Assembly (NCBI GenBank): GCA_963813815.1
Contig: CAWFAD010000007.1
Coordinates: forward strand, 64,001 to 128,000
Reading direction: 5' to 3'
Origin: an uncultured bacterium
GTDB taxonomy: Bacteria; Krumholzibacteriota; Krumholzibacteriia; Krumholzibacteriales; Krumholzibacteriaceae
Length of the DNA stretch: 64,000 bases
Part shown: positions 17,434-27,493 of the stretch, in pieces
Numbering within the stretch: the first letter of the stretch is position 1
Layout: every line of letters starts with the position of its first letter
The notes under the pieces: model-generated
Databases searched by the model: none
What the model was told of the DNA's origin: nothing
The model's input: only the letters and a program-made list of their open reading frames with translations
Translations under genes and position numbers: made by a program

Positions 17434-19134
17434 ATGAACGGCGGCTTCGTGGAAGCATTCGCGCAGATCATACGCGAGAAAAAAGTCGAGAAAAGCACGC
17501 TCGTCGAAATGATCAAATCGAGCCTCGTTTCGGCGGGCAAGCGCAAGTACGGCCAGAACGCCGAATTCCGCGTCGTCCTCGACGAATCGAAGGGAATGCT
17601 CGAGATCTATCGGACCTACCGGATCGTCGATGAGGTCGTCGAGGCCGCGGCGGAGCTGACGCTCGCCGAGGCGAAAAAGATCGACAAATCGGCGAAGACG
17701 GGGGGCGAGATCGAGGTGTATATCTCCCTCGACGAGTTCGGACGCAACGCCGTGCAGACCGCCAAGCAAGTTCTCATGCAGAAGGTTCGCGAGGCCGAGC
17801 GCGATCGCATCTATGACGAATACAAGGACAAGGTGGGCGTCATCGTGTCCGGCACCGTGCGCCAGGTCGATCGCGGGAACATTCTCGTGAACCTCGGCCG
17901 GGCCGAGGCGTACCTCCCGCTCCGCGAGCAGATTCGCAAGGAGCGCTACAATCAGGGAGACACGATCAGGGCCATCATTATCGAGGTGGACAAGAACGCG
18001 AAGGGTCCGCAGGTCACCCTCTCCCGAACGAGCGAGCTGTTCCTCCGCAAGCTGTTCGAGCAGGAGGTGCCCGAGATATTCGACGGCGACGTCGAGATCA
18101 GGAGCATGGCGCGCGAGCCGGGCGGCAGGTCGAAGATCGCCGTCCATTCGCGCAACGACAAGGTCGACGCCGTGGGCTCGTGCGTCGGCATGAAGGGCTC
18201 CCGCGTCCAGGCCGTCGTGAACGAGCTCCACGGGGAGAAGATCGACATCGTGAGCTGGAACGAGGGCCAGAACGAGTTCGTCGCCAAGGCGCTCGCCCCG
18301 GCGCGGGTCTCATCGCTGCGTTTCAACGAGTCGGAGCGTTCGGTGCTCGCGATCGTCGAGGACGACCAGCTCTCGCTCGCGATCGGCAAAGAGGGCCAGA
18401 ACGTCCGTCTCGCGGCCAAGCTCACCGGCTGGAAAATCGATCTCATCACGAACAAGGAGATCGAGCGCCGCGACAAGCTCGACCAGAAGCTTCAGATGGA
18501 TATTTCCGAGATGTACGGCGTCACGCCGAAGATGTCGCAGAAGCTCAAGAGCATCGGCATCCTCACGGTCCAGAAGCTGCACAAGACGCCGCTCGATCAG
18601 CTCCTCGAGATCGAGGGGATCGGCGAGAAGACCGCCGAGAAGCTCAAGAACACCGCCGCCGAGACGATGGAAGAGCTCAACAAGGCGCTCCAGGAGCTTC
18701 TCGAGAAGGAGCAACAGGAGGTCCAAGAGGGCAAGCCGCTCTTCGACGAGGCGGTCTTCGGTCCCGACGGGAAGGAACAGAAGTCGAAGACGACTCTCAC
18801 CGAGGCGGATATCTTCAAGGATCTCGGCGACGAATCCGCGGCGGAGGAGCAGGAGGAGGGCGGCGACGAGGATGAAGAGCCCGGCGAGGAAGGGGCGCTC
18901 CTCGAAGAGCCGTCCGGGGACGGCGCGGAGGAAGACGGCGGCGACGAAGCGGCTGCCGACGAAGCCGACGATGAAGACACGGACGAAGCCGATAAGGACG
19001 AGGCGGAGAGCGGCGAAGCCGGCGAGAGCGAAGACGGCGGCGACGAATCCGGCGAGGCCGAATCCGGCGAGATCGATGCACGGGACTCGGACGGCGAGTC
19101 AAAGGGCGCGTCCGATGACGAACCCGCACGGTAG
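17434..19134 (+). CDS. nusA: transcription termination/antitermination factor NusA with HhH region and long acidic tail
   Basis: FGRNAVQTAKQV, AREPGGRSKIAV, CVGMKGSRV and LSLAIGKEGQNVRLAAKLTGWKID. Confidence 0.97.
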   Translation: MNGGFVEAFAQIIREKKVEKSTLVEMIKSSLVSAGKRKYGQNAEFRVVLDESKGMLEIYRTYRIVDEVVEAAAELTLAEAKKIDKSAKTGGEIEVYISLDEFGRNAVQTAKQVLMQKVREAERDRIYDEYKDKVGVIVSGTVRQVDRGNILVNLGRAEAYLPLREQIRKERYNQGDTIRAIIIEVDKNAKGPQVTLSRTSELFLRKLFEQEVPEIFDGDVEIRSMAREPGGRSKIAVHSRNDKVDAVGSCVGMKGSRVQAVVNELHGEKIDIVSWNEGQNEFVAKALAPARVSSLRFNESERSVLAIVEDDQLSLAIGKEGQNVRLAAKLTGWKIDLITNKEIERRDKLDQKLQMDISEMYGVTPKMSQKLKSIGILTVQKLHKTPLDQLLEIEGIGEKTAEKLKNTAAETMEELNKALQELLEKEQQEVQEGKPLFDEAVFGPDGKEQKSKTTLTEADIFKDLGDESAAEEQEEGGDEDEEPGEEGALLEEPSGDGAEEDGGDEAAADEADDEDTDEADKDEAESGEAGESEDGGDESGEAESGEIDARDSDGESKGASDDEPAR

Positions 19135-19157
19135 GCACGGAAGGGAGAATCATTCGC

Positions 19158-21317
19158 GTGGCTAAGATTCGCGTATATGAGCTGTCGCGTAAATACAACA
19201 TCTCGAGCGACGCCCTCATCAAGATCCTCGTCAAGGAGGGCATCGCGGTCAAGAGCCACATGAGCACGGTCGAGGACCGCGTCGAGATTCTCATTGAGCA
19301 GCACCTGATCCGGGTCAAGGCCGCGACGAAGAAGGAAGTCAAGAAAAAGGTCGACCTTAAGAAAAAGCCGCCGAAGCCCCCGCATACCCCGCATCCCCCG
19401 CATCCCCCGAGAGGACGCAAGGAGCGCAAGCCCGAGAAGCGCAAAGAGGCCGATCAGCGCGCGGTCAAAGAGAGCGTCAAGCGCACGCTGGCGAAGCTCG
19501 ACATCACCCGCAAGACCCGCCGCCGCAAGCACCGCGAGGATACGGTCGCGGTCGCCGAGGAAGAGAACGTCATCCGGATCCCCGAGTTCGCGACGGTGGC
19601 CGAGCTCGCCGAGCAGATCAAGATCGATCCGTCCGAGATCATCCAGAAATGCCTCGGTCTCGGCCTCATGGTGACGATCAATCAGCGGCTGAGCGCGGAC
19701 GCGATCACCATGATCGCCGACGATTACGACTTCCGAGTCGAGTTCGCCGAGAGCTACGGCCACGAGTTGCTCCGCGAGAAACGCCGGGCGAAACCGGAAC
19801 AGCTGGCGACGCGCCCCCCGGTCGTGACGATCATGGGGCACGTCGACCACGGCAAAACCTCCCTCCTCGACGCGATCCGCAAGAGCAAGATCATCGCCGG
19901 CGAGAAGGGCGGCATCACTCAGCACATCGGCGCGTACGAGGTCGACACGGGCCGCGGGCTCATCACCTTCATCGACACGCCGGGCCACGAGGCGTTCACC
20001 GCCATGCGCGCGCGAGGCGCGCAGGTCACCGATATCGTGATTCTCGTCGTCGCCGCGGATGACGGTATCATGCCCCAGACGATCGAAGCCATCAACCACG
20101 CCCGCGCGGCGGACGTTCCGCTCATCATCGCGATCAACAAGGTCGATCTTCCGCAGGCGAACGTCGAACGCGTGAAGCGCGAGCTGCTCAAGCAGAACAT
20201 CGTTCTCGAGGAATACGGCGGCAACGTGCAGGGGGTCGAGATCTCCGCGAAGCTCGGCAAGAACATCGACCGGCTGCTCGAGATGATCCTCTTCCAGTCC
20301 GAGCTCATGGATCTCAAGGCGGACGCCGACGCGCCGGTCCGCGGCGTCGTGCTCGAGGCGCGCAAGGAGGAGGGGCGCGGGAACGTCGTCACCGTCCTCA
20401 TCCAGCAGGGAACGCTCCGCCTCGGGGACGTGTTCATCGCCGGCAACAACTACGGACACGCGAGGGCGCTTCTCAACGAGCGAAACAAGAAGATCGACGC
20501 CGCGCCGCCGTCGACGCCGGTCGTCGTGCTCGGATCCGCCGGGCTGCCGAACGCCGGCGAGAACTTCGTGCAGGTCGAGGACGACCGCACGGCGCGCGAG
20601 ATCGCTTTCAAGCGGCAGCAGTACCAGCGCGAGAAGGACCGCCGCGTCGTGCAGCGCATCACCCTCGACGATCTCTACAAGCAGATCAAGGAAGGAGCCG
20701 TCAAGGAGCTGCCGCTCATCATCAAGGCGGACATGGACGGCTCCATCGGCGCGCTCATCGACAGCCTCTCCTCGATCGACAACGCCGAGGTCAAGATCAA
20801 CATCATTCACCGGGGCGTCGGCGTCATCAACGAGAGCGACGTCCTTCTGGCGAGCGCTTCGAACGCCGTCATCATCGGGTTCCATTCGACCACCACGCCG
20901 CGGGCGCAGCAGCTCGCGAAGACCGAGAAGGTCGACGTCCGCTACTACGACATCATCTACCGGGCGATCGACGACATCAAATCGGCCATGGCGGGGCTCC
21001 TCGAGCCGGTCATCGTCGAGCGGGAGATGGGCGAGGCCGAGGTCCGGCAGGTGTTCAGCGTGTCGAAGGTCGGCGCCGTGGCGGGGTGCTACGTCCTCTC
21101 GGGAACGATCACGCGCAACGGCAAGGCGCGCGTGCGCCGCGGCGGAGAGGTCATCCACCAAGGAGCGATCTCTTCCCTGAAGCGGTTCAAGGACGACGCC
21201 CGAGAGGTCCAGGCGGGGTTCGAGTGCGGGATCGGGGTGAGCGGATTCAACGATTTCCGCGAGGGCGACAGGCTCGAGGCGTTCGTGGAAGAGGCCCAGA
21301 GCAAGAAGATCGAGTAG
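19158..21317 (+). CDS. infB: translation initiation factor IF-2
   Basis: KIRVYEL N-terminus, RPPVVTIMGHVDHGKTSLLD, DTPGHEAF, NKVD and SLKRFKDDAREV..GFECG. Confidence 0.98.
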   Translation: MAKIRVYELSRKYNISSDALIKILVKEGIAVKSHMSTVEDRVEILIEQHLIRVKAATKKEVKKKVDLKKKPPKPPHTPHPPHPPRGRKERKPEKRKEADQRAVKESVKRTLAKLDITRKTRRRKHREDTVAVAEEENVIRIPEFATVAELAEQIKIDPSEIIQKCLGLGLMVTINQRLSADAITMIADDYDFRVEFAESYGHELLREKRRAKPEQLATRPPVVTIMGHVDHGKTSLLDAIRKSKIIAGEKGGITQHIGAYEVDTGRGLITFIDTPGHEAFTAMRARGAQVTDIVILVVAADDGIMPQTIEAINHARAADVPLIIAINKVDLPQANVERVKRELLKQNIVLEEYGGNVQGVEISAKLGKNIDRLLEMILFQSELMDLKADADAPVRGVVLEARKEEGRGNVVTVLIQQGTLRLGDVFIAGNNYGHARALLNERNKKIDAAPPSTPVVVLGSAGLPNAGENFVQVEDDRTAREIAFKRQQYQREKDRRVVQRITLDDLYKQIKEGAVKELPLIIKADMDGSIGALIDSLSSIDNAEVKINIIHRGVGVINESDVLLASASNAVIIGFHSTTTPRAQQLAKTEKVDVRYYDIIYRAIDDIKSAMAGLLEPVIVEREMGEAEVRQVFSVSKVGAVAGCYVLSGTITRNGKARVRRGGEVIHQGAISSLKRFKDDAREVQAGFECGIGVSGFNDFREGDRLEAFVEEAQSKKIE

Positions 21318-21335
21318 CCCGAGGGAGGTCGCCCC

Positions 21336-21617
21336 GTGATCGTCGCGAGCCTCCGGGTCCGGATTTTTCTGCCCGGGTGCGCCTCTCTCAAGCAGAAACG
21401 ATACGTTCTCGCGAGCCTCAAGACGCGGCTCCGGAACCGGTTCAACGTCTCCGTCTGCGAGAACGATTTTCACGATACATGGCAGCGGAGCGAGCTCGCC
21501 GTGGCCGCGGCGACGACGGACATGCGCGGCGCCCGGACGGTCACGGATCAGGTCATGGAATTTCTCGAACGGGAGCCGCGCATCGTGCTCTGCGAGCACG
21601 AGCGGAACTTCTACTGA
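21336..21617 (+). CDS. DUF503 (YlxP-like) protein
   Basis: SLKQKR....LK.RLRNRFNVSV.E...D.WQR; canonical position between infB and rbfA. Confidence 0.88.
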   Translation: MIVASLRVRIFLPGCASLKQKRYVLASLKTRLRNRFNVSVCENDFHDTWQRSELAVAAATTDMRGARTVTDQVMEFLEREPRIVLCEHERNFY

Positions 21618-21632
21618 GCATGGAGCGGTGCG

Positions 21633-22025
21633 ATGAACGACAAACAGAAAGCTCGAGTCGAGGACGAGATCCGGGCGCTCGTGTCGGAGCTGCTGCTCCG
21701 GCGCGTCAAGGATCCGCGCGTCGCGGGGGTTTCCCTCACGCACGTCGAGGCCTCGCGGGACTACTCGACGGCGAAGATTCTCTACAACGTCGTCGGCGGC
21801 GCGGCGGATCTCAACGAGGTGCAGCGCGGGCTCGAGAGCTCCCGGAAGTACATGCGCTCCCAGATAGCGCGGCGGCTGCGGCTGCGGGTCGTTCCCGAGC
21901 TCATCTTCCGGTACGACACCTCGCTCGACCGCGCCATGAAGATCGAGGAGCTGATCGAGCAGATACACCGCGAGGAGGAGGAGAGCGGGAAACCGCCGGC
22001 CGGGGAGGTCGACGGCGATGCGTGA
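21633..22025 (+). CDS. rbfA: ribosome-binding factor A
   Basis: VKDPRV, T.VE.S.D...AK and LRLRVVPELIFRYD.S. Confidence 0.95.
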   Translation: MNDKQKARVEDEIRALVSELLLRRVKDPRVAGVSLTHVEASRDYSTAKILYNVVGGAADLNEVQRGLESSRKYMRSQIARRLRLRVVPELIFRYDTSLDRAMKIEELIEQIHREEEESGKPPAGEVDGDA

Positions 22026-23028
22026 GGAGCCCTTCGCCCGGGAGTTCGACGCGATCGCCGGACTCGCCTCGTCCCGCGAGCGCCCGCTCGTTCTCGGCCA
22101 CGTCGATCCCGACGGCGACTGCATCGGATCGATGCTCGCCCTGGCGCGGTACCTCGGCGACCTCGGCCGCGAGGCCGTTTGCTTCGCCCCGGGCGAGATG
22201 GCCGATCTCTACCGCGGTCTTCCCCTCTCGCGTCTTTTCGTTCCCGAGGAGCGGCTCGCCTCTCTCGATCCCGATCTCGTGTTCGCCCTCGATTCCCCGA
22301 CCACGGCGCGCACGGCCAATCTGATCCGGCGGGGGGGCGGCGTTCCCGTCGTGAACATCGACCACCATCCGACGAACGAGCGCTACGGCGACATCAACGT
22401 GGTCGACGAGTCGGTGAGCGCCACGGCGATCCTCGTCTACCGGTTCCTCTCGCACGCCGCGCCGGCGGCCCTCACCCCGGAAACGGCCGACTATCTCTAC
22501 ATCGGAGTGCTCATGGACACGGGGGGGTTCCGTTTCCGGAACACGAACGCCGAGGCCCTCGCGGCCGCCGCGAGGTTCGCCGAGCTCGGGGCTCACCCTC
22601 ACCAGCTCGCGCACGATTTTCTCTACGTGAAGAAGCTCGCGACGCTGAGGCTGCTCTCCCTTTCCCTCGGATCGCTCGAGGTGCACGCCGGCGGACGCAT
22701 CGGGCTCATGCACGTCTCGCAGCGGATGCTCGAGGAGGCCGAGGGCGTCATGAGCGACACGGAGGGATTCGTCGATTACGCGGCTTCGATCGACGACGTC
22801 GAGCTCGCGGCGCTGTTCCGGGAGCTCGCCCCCGCCGAGATCAGGGTGAGCCTGCGCTCGCGCAACGACTTCAACGTCGCCGCTCTCGCCGAGCGGCACG
22901 GCGGCGGCGGGCACCGCAACGCCGCGGGCCTCACGATCCATGACCGTCTCGACGCCGCCAAAAGGCTCATCCTGCGCTCCTTCGAGGAGATGCTCGCCGG
23001 AGAGAAACGCGGCGGGGGGGCGGCATGA
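22018..23028 (+). CDS. nrnA: DHH-family bifunctional oligoribonuclease/PAP phosphatase
   Basis: HVDPDGDCIGS, IDHH, DTGGF, VSLRS and GGGGHRNAAG. Confidence 0.9.
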   Translation: MREEPFAREFDAIAGLASSRERPLVLGHVDPDGDCIGSMLALARYLGDLGREAVCFAPGEMADLYRGLPLSRLFVPEERLASLDPDLVFALDSPTTARTANLIRRGGGVPVVNIDHHPTNERYGDINVVDESVSATAILVYRFLSHAAPAALTPETADYLYIGVLMDTGGFRFRNTNAEALAAAARFAELGAHPHQLAHDFLYVKKLATLRLLSLSLGSLEVHAGGRIGLMHVSQRMLEEAEGVMSDTEGFVDYAASIDDVELAALFRELAPAEIRVSLRSRNDFNVAALAERHGGGGHRNAAGLTIHDRLDAAKRLILRSFEEMLAGEKRGGGAA

Positions 23029-23957
23029 GGGACCCCGAATCGAAGGCGAGGCTCACCGACAGGGTCATTCCGGTGGGCAAATCGGTGGGCAACTCCACCT
23101 ACGATTGCGTCCGCCGCATCAAGCGCCTCGTGACGCTCGACAAGATCGGGCACGCGGGAAGCCTCGATCCCGAGGCCCGGGGGCTCATCCTCATCCTCAC
23201 CGGCGAGGCGACGAAGCTCTCGAACTACCTCATGGACCTTCCGAAACGCTACGTCGCCGACGTGAAGCTCGGCGAGGCCACGGACAGCCAGGACCGGAGC
23301 GGCGCCGTCACCAGGAGCGGCGAGTGGGAGCACGTGACGGAGGAGATGATCCGGAACGTCATCCCCCGTTTTCTCGGCAAGCGGCTCCAGACGCCGCCCA
23401 TGTACTCGGCCCTCAAACACAAGGGGCAGCCGCTCTACCTCCTCGCCCGCCGCGGCGAGCTAATCGATCGTTCCCCCCGCGAGATCGAAACCTACGAGAT
23501 AACGCTCGCGGCGTTCGAACCTCCGGTCGCGCGCATCGAGGTGTTCTGCGCGAGGGGGCTCTACCTGCGGGTGCTCGCCGAGGAGATCGGCGACGCGCTC
23601 GGAGTGCCCGCGCACCTCAGCAACCTCGTCCGCGTGCGGATCGGGCACTTCGATCTCGAGGACGCGGTGAGCGACGACGCCCTGGAGCGTCTGCTCGAGA
23701 TGGAATCGCCGGGGCAGTCGTTGAGCGACGCGCTGCGGCATTTTCCCGCCGTGCCGCTGTCCGCGGAGCAATCGCGCGGACTCGATATGGGCGTCGTTCC
23801 TCGCCTCGCGCAGGCGCGGCCGGGCTCCCTGCCGCCGGCGGGGAGCCTCGTCAGGCTCGAGCGTCCCGACGGCAGGCTCGGCGCGATCGCCGAAATGGGC
23901 CCCGCCGGGCTCGTGCAGCTCCGGCGGGTGTTCCGGGAGGCGGGCGCGGGGGCGTAG
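23025..23957 (+). CDS. truB: tRNA pseudouridine(55) synthase
   Basis: KIGHAGSLDP and QTPPMYSALKHKGQPLY.LARRG; synteny. Confidence 0.95.
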   Translation: MRDPESKARLTDRVIPVGKSVGNSTYDCVRRIKRLVTLDKIGHAGSLDPEARGLILILTGEATKLSNYLMDLPKRYVADVKLGEATDSQDRSGAVTRSGEWEHVTEEMIRNVIPRFLGKRLQTPPMYSALKHKGQPLYLLARRGELIDRSPREIETYEITLAAFEPPVARIEVFCARGLYLRVLAEEIGDALGVPAHLSNLVRVRIGHFDLEDAVSDDALERLLEMESPGQSLSDALRHFPAVPLSAEQSRGLDMGVVPRLAQARPGSLPPAGSLVRLERPDGRLGAIAEMGPAGLVQLRRVFREAGAGA

Positions 23958-23973
23958 CGCCCCCACGATCGGC

Positions 23974-24918
23974 ATGGAGATCATCAGGAACACGGAAGCG
24001 ATCGCGGCGCGGCGGTTCGAGAACACCGCCGTCACGATCGGCGTCTTCGACGGCGTCCACCGGGGCCACTCCGAGGTGCTCCGCCGGTTGAGGGAGATCG
24101 CCGCCGCGGGGGGGCATGCCGCCTCCGTGCTCGTGACCTTCGACCGCCATCCGCTCTGCGTCACGCATCCCGAGATGGCGCCGCCGCTCCTTACGACGCT
24201 CGAGGAAAAGCTGCACGTGCTCGGGCGGCTCGGCGTCGACGTCGCCGTCGTCGAGCGGTTCACGCGCGAGACGGCGGGGATCGATTACTCGACCTACCTC
24301 GCCGGGCGTCTCGCCGGGGAGCTCGGCATGCGCCATCTCGTCGTCGGGTACGATTTCCATCTCGGACGGGGACGCGAGGGCTCGCAGGAGCGCCTCGCCG
24401 CGGAGGGCCGCCGGCTCGGGTTCGGCGTCACCATCGTCCCCCCGGTCGTGCTGCAGGGGAGCGTCGTTTCGAGCACGAAGATCCGCCGCGACATCATGGA
24501 GCGTCGCTTCGAGCACGCGGCTCGCTCCCTCGGGCGTCCCCATTTCTTCGAGGCCCGGGTGGTGCCGGGCGAGGGAATCGGGCGGACGCTCGGCTTTCCG
24601 ACGGCGAATCTCTCGGTGGAGGACCCGGGCAAGCTCCTTCCTCCCCGCGGGGTATACGCCGTGCTGGTCGAGGCCGCGTCGGGGCGTTACGGAGGGATGA
24701 TGAACGTCGGCCGGGCGCCGACGATGCGCGCCGACGGGAGGGACAGGATCGAGGTGCATCTGCTCGATTTCTCCGGAGACGTCGCCGGAGAAAGGCTGCG
24801 GACGCACTGTCTCGCCTTTGTGCGGGAGGAGAGGCGTTTCGCGGGCGCGGAAGAGCTCCGGGCACAGTTGATGCAAGACGAGCGGACGGTACGCGGCCTT
24901 CTGGAAAAGAAATATTGA
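23974..24918 (+). CDS. ribF: bifunctional riboflavin kinase/FAD synthetase
   Basis: GVFDGVHRGH, VVGYDF, VSSTKIR, GRTLGFPTANL and IEVHLLDF. Confidence 0.95.
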   Translation: MEIIRNTEAIAARRFENTAVTIGVFDGVHRGHSEVLRRLREIAAAGGHAASVLVTFDRHPLCVTHPEMAPPLLTTLEEKLHVLGRLGVDVAVVERFTRETAGIDYSTYLAGRLAGELGMRHLVVGYDFHLGRGREGSQERLAAEGRRLGFGVTIVPPVVLQGSVVSSTKIRRDIMERRFEHAARSLGRPHFFEARVVPGEGIGRTLGFPTANLSVEDPGKLLPPRGVYAVLVEAASGRYGGMMNVGRAPTMRADGRDRIEVHLLDFSGDVAGERLRTHCLAFVREERRFAGAEELRAQLMQDERTVRGLLEKKY

Positions 24919-24942
24919 CAACATTCGGTGTTCGTGTATCTT
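24915..24942 (+). promoter_or_regulatory. sigma70-like promoter for rpsO-pnp
   Basis: TTGACA (overlapping the ribF stop)-16nt-TATCTT. Confidence 0.6.
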
Positions 24943-25061
24943 GTAGTGTTCATAAAGAAGGGAAACGGCAATCAGAGCAGTTTTTAGGCGGATCGGGCGA
25001 CGTTCGCCCGTTCTGCTGCCATCGTGATATCTCATCACAGGGTTAAGGAGGTGCATGAACG

Positions 25062-25331
25062 ATGGCACTGCAGAAGGAAGTTAAGAAGGACGTTATTACC
25101 AAGTACCGGCTTCATGAAACGGACTCGGGTTCCCCTGAGGTTCAGGTAGCGCTTCTCACCGAACGCATCAATCAGCTTGCCAAGCATTTTCAGGTGCACA
25201 AGAAGGATTTCGCGTCGCGTCGCGGACTCTTGAAGCTCGTGAGCCAGCGGCGCAAGCTTCTCGACTACCTCAGGAACAATCGGATCGATACGTACCGCGC
25301 AATCATCAAGGAGCTCAATCTCCGCAAGTAG
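25062..25331 (+). CDS. rpsO: 30S ribosomal protein S15
   Basis: [18 protein letters not shown]...[33 protein letters not shown]. Confidence 0.98.
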   Translation: MALQKEVKKDVITKYRLHETDSGSPEVQVALLTERINQLAKHFQVHKKDFASRRGLLKLVSQRRKLLDYLRNNRIDTYRAIIKELNLRK

Positions 25332-25401
25332 CTCCGGTGCGCGCGCGCCGGCGGGGCCATCGAACGGATCCCGGCGGCGGCGTAGTGTATTCACCGTTCG
25401 A

Positions 25402-27492
25402 ATGGAGGCTCATGCTCGAATGATCAGGAAGAGTTGGCCGCTCGACGGCAAAAATATCTTTTTCGAGACGGGGCGGATCGCCCGACAGGCCGACGGCTCC
25501 GTGCTCGTAGGCATCGACTCGACGGTCGTCCTCGTGACGGCGGTCGCCGCGAAGGACAAGGAAACCTCGCAGGATTTCTTTCCCCTCACCGTCGAGTACC
25601 GCGAGAAATTCTACGCCGCCGGCAAGATACCGGGCGGCTTCTTCAGACGAGAGGGACGGCCTGGTGAAAAGGAAACCCTCGGCGCGCGTCTCATCGACCG
25701 CCCCATCCGGCCGCTCTTTCCCGAAACCTTCCGCTACGAGGTGCAGGTCGCGTGCACGGTGCTCTCGAGCGACCAGCGCCAGCCCTCCGACGTGCTCGGC
25801 ATCACGGGCGCCTCGCTTGCGCTGGCCCTCTCCGACATTCCGTTCGGCGCCCTCCTGAGCGGGGTCCGCGTCGGGCTCAAGGACAACAACTTCATTATCA
25901 ACCCGCTCTTCAGCGAGCTCGAAGAGGGGCTCATGGATATCGCGATCGCCGGTTCGGACGACGCGATCATCATGGTCGAGGGCGGCGCGAAGGAAGTGAG
26001 CGAGTCGGTCCTCATCGAGGCCCTCGAGTTCGGGCACGCGCACATCAAGCAGATCATCGCCTTCCAGCGCGAGTTCCTCGCGCAGTGCGAGCCGAGGGCG
26101 AAGCGCCCCTTCAAGACGTTCGAGGTCGACAAGGCGCTCGAGGCGAAGCTCCGCGCGGACTACCTCGGCGAGATCGCCCGGGTCAACCGCATCGACGGAA
26201 AGCTCGCCCGCGCCCGCGCCCTCTCGGAAATCCACGCGCGGGCGGTCGAGAAGTACGCGGCGGAGTATCCCGACGGCGAGAAGCAGTTCGAGCACATCAT
26301 GGAGGAGCTCGAGCGGGAGATCGTGCGCGGCCAGATCGTCAAGGAAAAGCTCCGCTCCGACGGCCGCTCCCTCACCGACGTCCGCCCCATCCGGTGCGAG
26401 GTCGGCGTGCTTCCGCGCGCGCACGGGAGCGCGCTCTTCACGCGGGGCGAAACGCAGAGCCTCGTCGCGACGACGCTCGGAACCTCGCAGGACGAGCAGC
26501 GGATCGACGAGCTCATCGGCGAGTCGTTCAAGAGCTTCATGCTCCACTATAACTTCCCGCCCTTCAGCGTCGGCGAAACCGGCCGGTTTAGCGGGCCGGG
26601 GCGCCGGGAGATCGGGCACGGCATGCTCGCCGAGCGGGCGATCCAGCCCATCATCCCGTCCGACGAACAGTTCCCCTACACGATCCGCCTCGTTTCCGAC
26701 ATCCTCGAGTCGAACGGCTCGAGCTCGATGGCGACGGTCTGCGGCGGGAGCCTCGCCCTCATGGACGCGGGCGTGCCCATCCGCAAGCCGGTCGCCGGCG
26801 TGGCGATGGGTCTCGTGAAGGAAGGGAACGACATCAGCATTCTCACCGACATCCTCGGTCTCGAGGATCACCTCGGGGATATGGACTTCAAGGTCGCGGG
26901 CACGAAAGACGGGATTACGGCGTTCCAGATGGACGTCAAGATCGCCGGCATCACCCGGGCCGTCATGGAGCCCGCGCTCGAGCAGGCCCGGCGGGCGCGT
27001 CTCGAGATTCTCGACATCATGAGCCGGACGCTCCTGGAGCCTCGCAAGGAGCTCTCGCCGTTCGCGCCGAAGATCGTCCAGATCAAGATCCCCGTCGACA
27101 AGATCCGCGAAGTCATCGGTCCGGGAGGCAAGATGATCCGCCACATCCAGGATACCTCCGGGGCCAAGATCGACATCGAGGACGACGGAACGGTGCTCAT
27201 CGCCGCGGTCGATCAGGCCGCCGGCGAGAAGGCGCTCGACATGATCAAGGCGCTCACCGAGGAGCCGGAGATCGGCAAGGTCTACAAGGGGACCGTGCGC
27301 GGCATCATGCCGTACGGGGCCTTCGTCCAGATCCTGCCGGGGCGCGACGGCCTCCTGCACGTCTCCGAGATCGACCGCAAGCGCGTCGAGAGGGTCGAGG
27401 ACGTGCTCAAGCTCGGCGACGAGATCGAAGTCAAGATCATCGGGGTCGACAAGGACGGAAAGATCAAGCTTAGCCGCAAGGCGCTGCTCTAG
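25402..27492 (+). CDS. pnp: polyribonucleotide nucleotidyltransferase
   Basis: ETGRIARQADG, DFFPLTV.Y.EK.YAAGKIPGGF, RLIDRPIRP, ESNGSSSMA, GDMDFKVAG, KH and S1 domains; alternative start at 25420. Confidence 0.98.
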   Translation: MEAHARMIRKSWPLDGKNIFFETGRIARQADGSVLVGIDSTVVLVTAVAAKDKETSQDFFPLTVEYREKFYAAGKIPGGFFRREGRPGEKETLGARLIDRPIRPLFPETFRYEVQVACTVLSSDQRQPSDVLGITGASLALALSDIPFGALLSGVRVGLKDNNFIINPLFSELEEGLMDIAIAGSDDAIIMVEGGAKEVSESVLIEALEFGHAHIKQIIAFQREFLAQCEPRAKRPFKTFEVDKALEAKLRADYLGEIARVNRIDGKLARARALSEIHARAVEKYAAEYPDGEKQFEHIMEELEREIVRGQIVKEKLRSDGRSLTDVRPIRCEVGVLPRAHGSALFTRGETQSLVATTLGTSQDEQRIDELIGESFKSFMLHYNFPPFSVGETGRFSGPGRREIGHGMLAERAIQPIIPSDEQFPYTIRLVSDILESNGSSSMATVCGGSLALMDAGVPIRKPVAGVAMGLVKEGNDISILTDILGLEDHLGDMDFKVAGTKDGITAFQMDVKIAGITRAVMEPALEQARRARLEILDIMSRTLLEPRKELSPFAPKIVQIKIPVDKIREVIGPGGKMIRHIQDTSGAKIDIEDDGTVLIAAVDQAAGEKALDMIKALTEEPEIGKVYKGTVRGIMPYGAFVQILPGRDGLLHVSEIDRKRVERVEDVLKLGDEIEVKIIGVDKDGKIKLSRKALL

Positions 27493-27493
27493 C

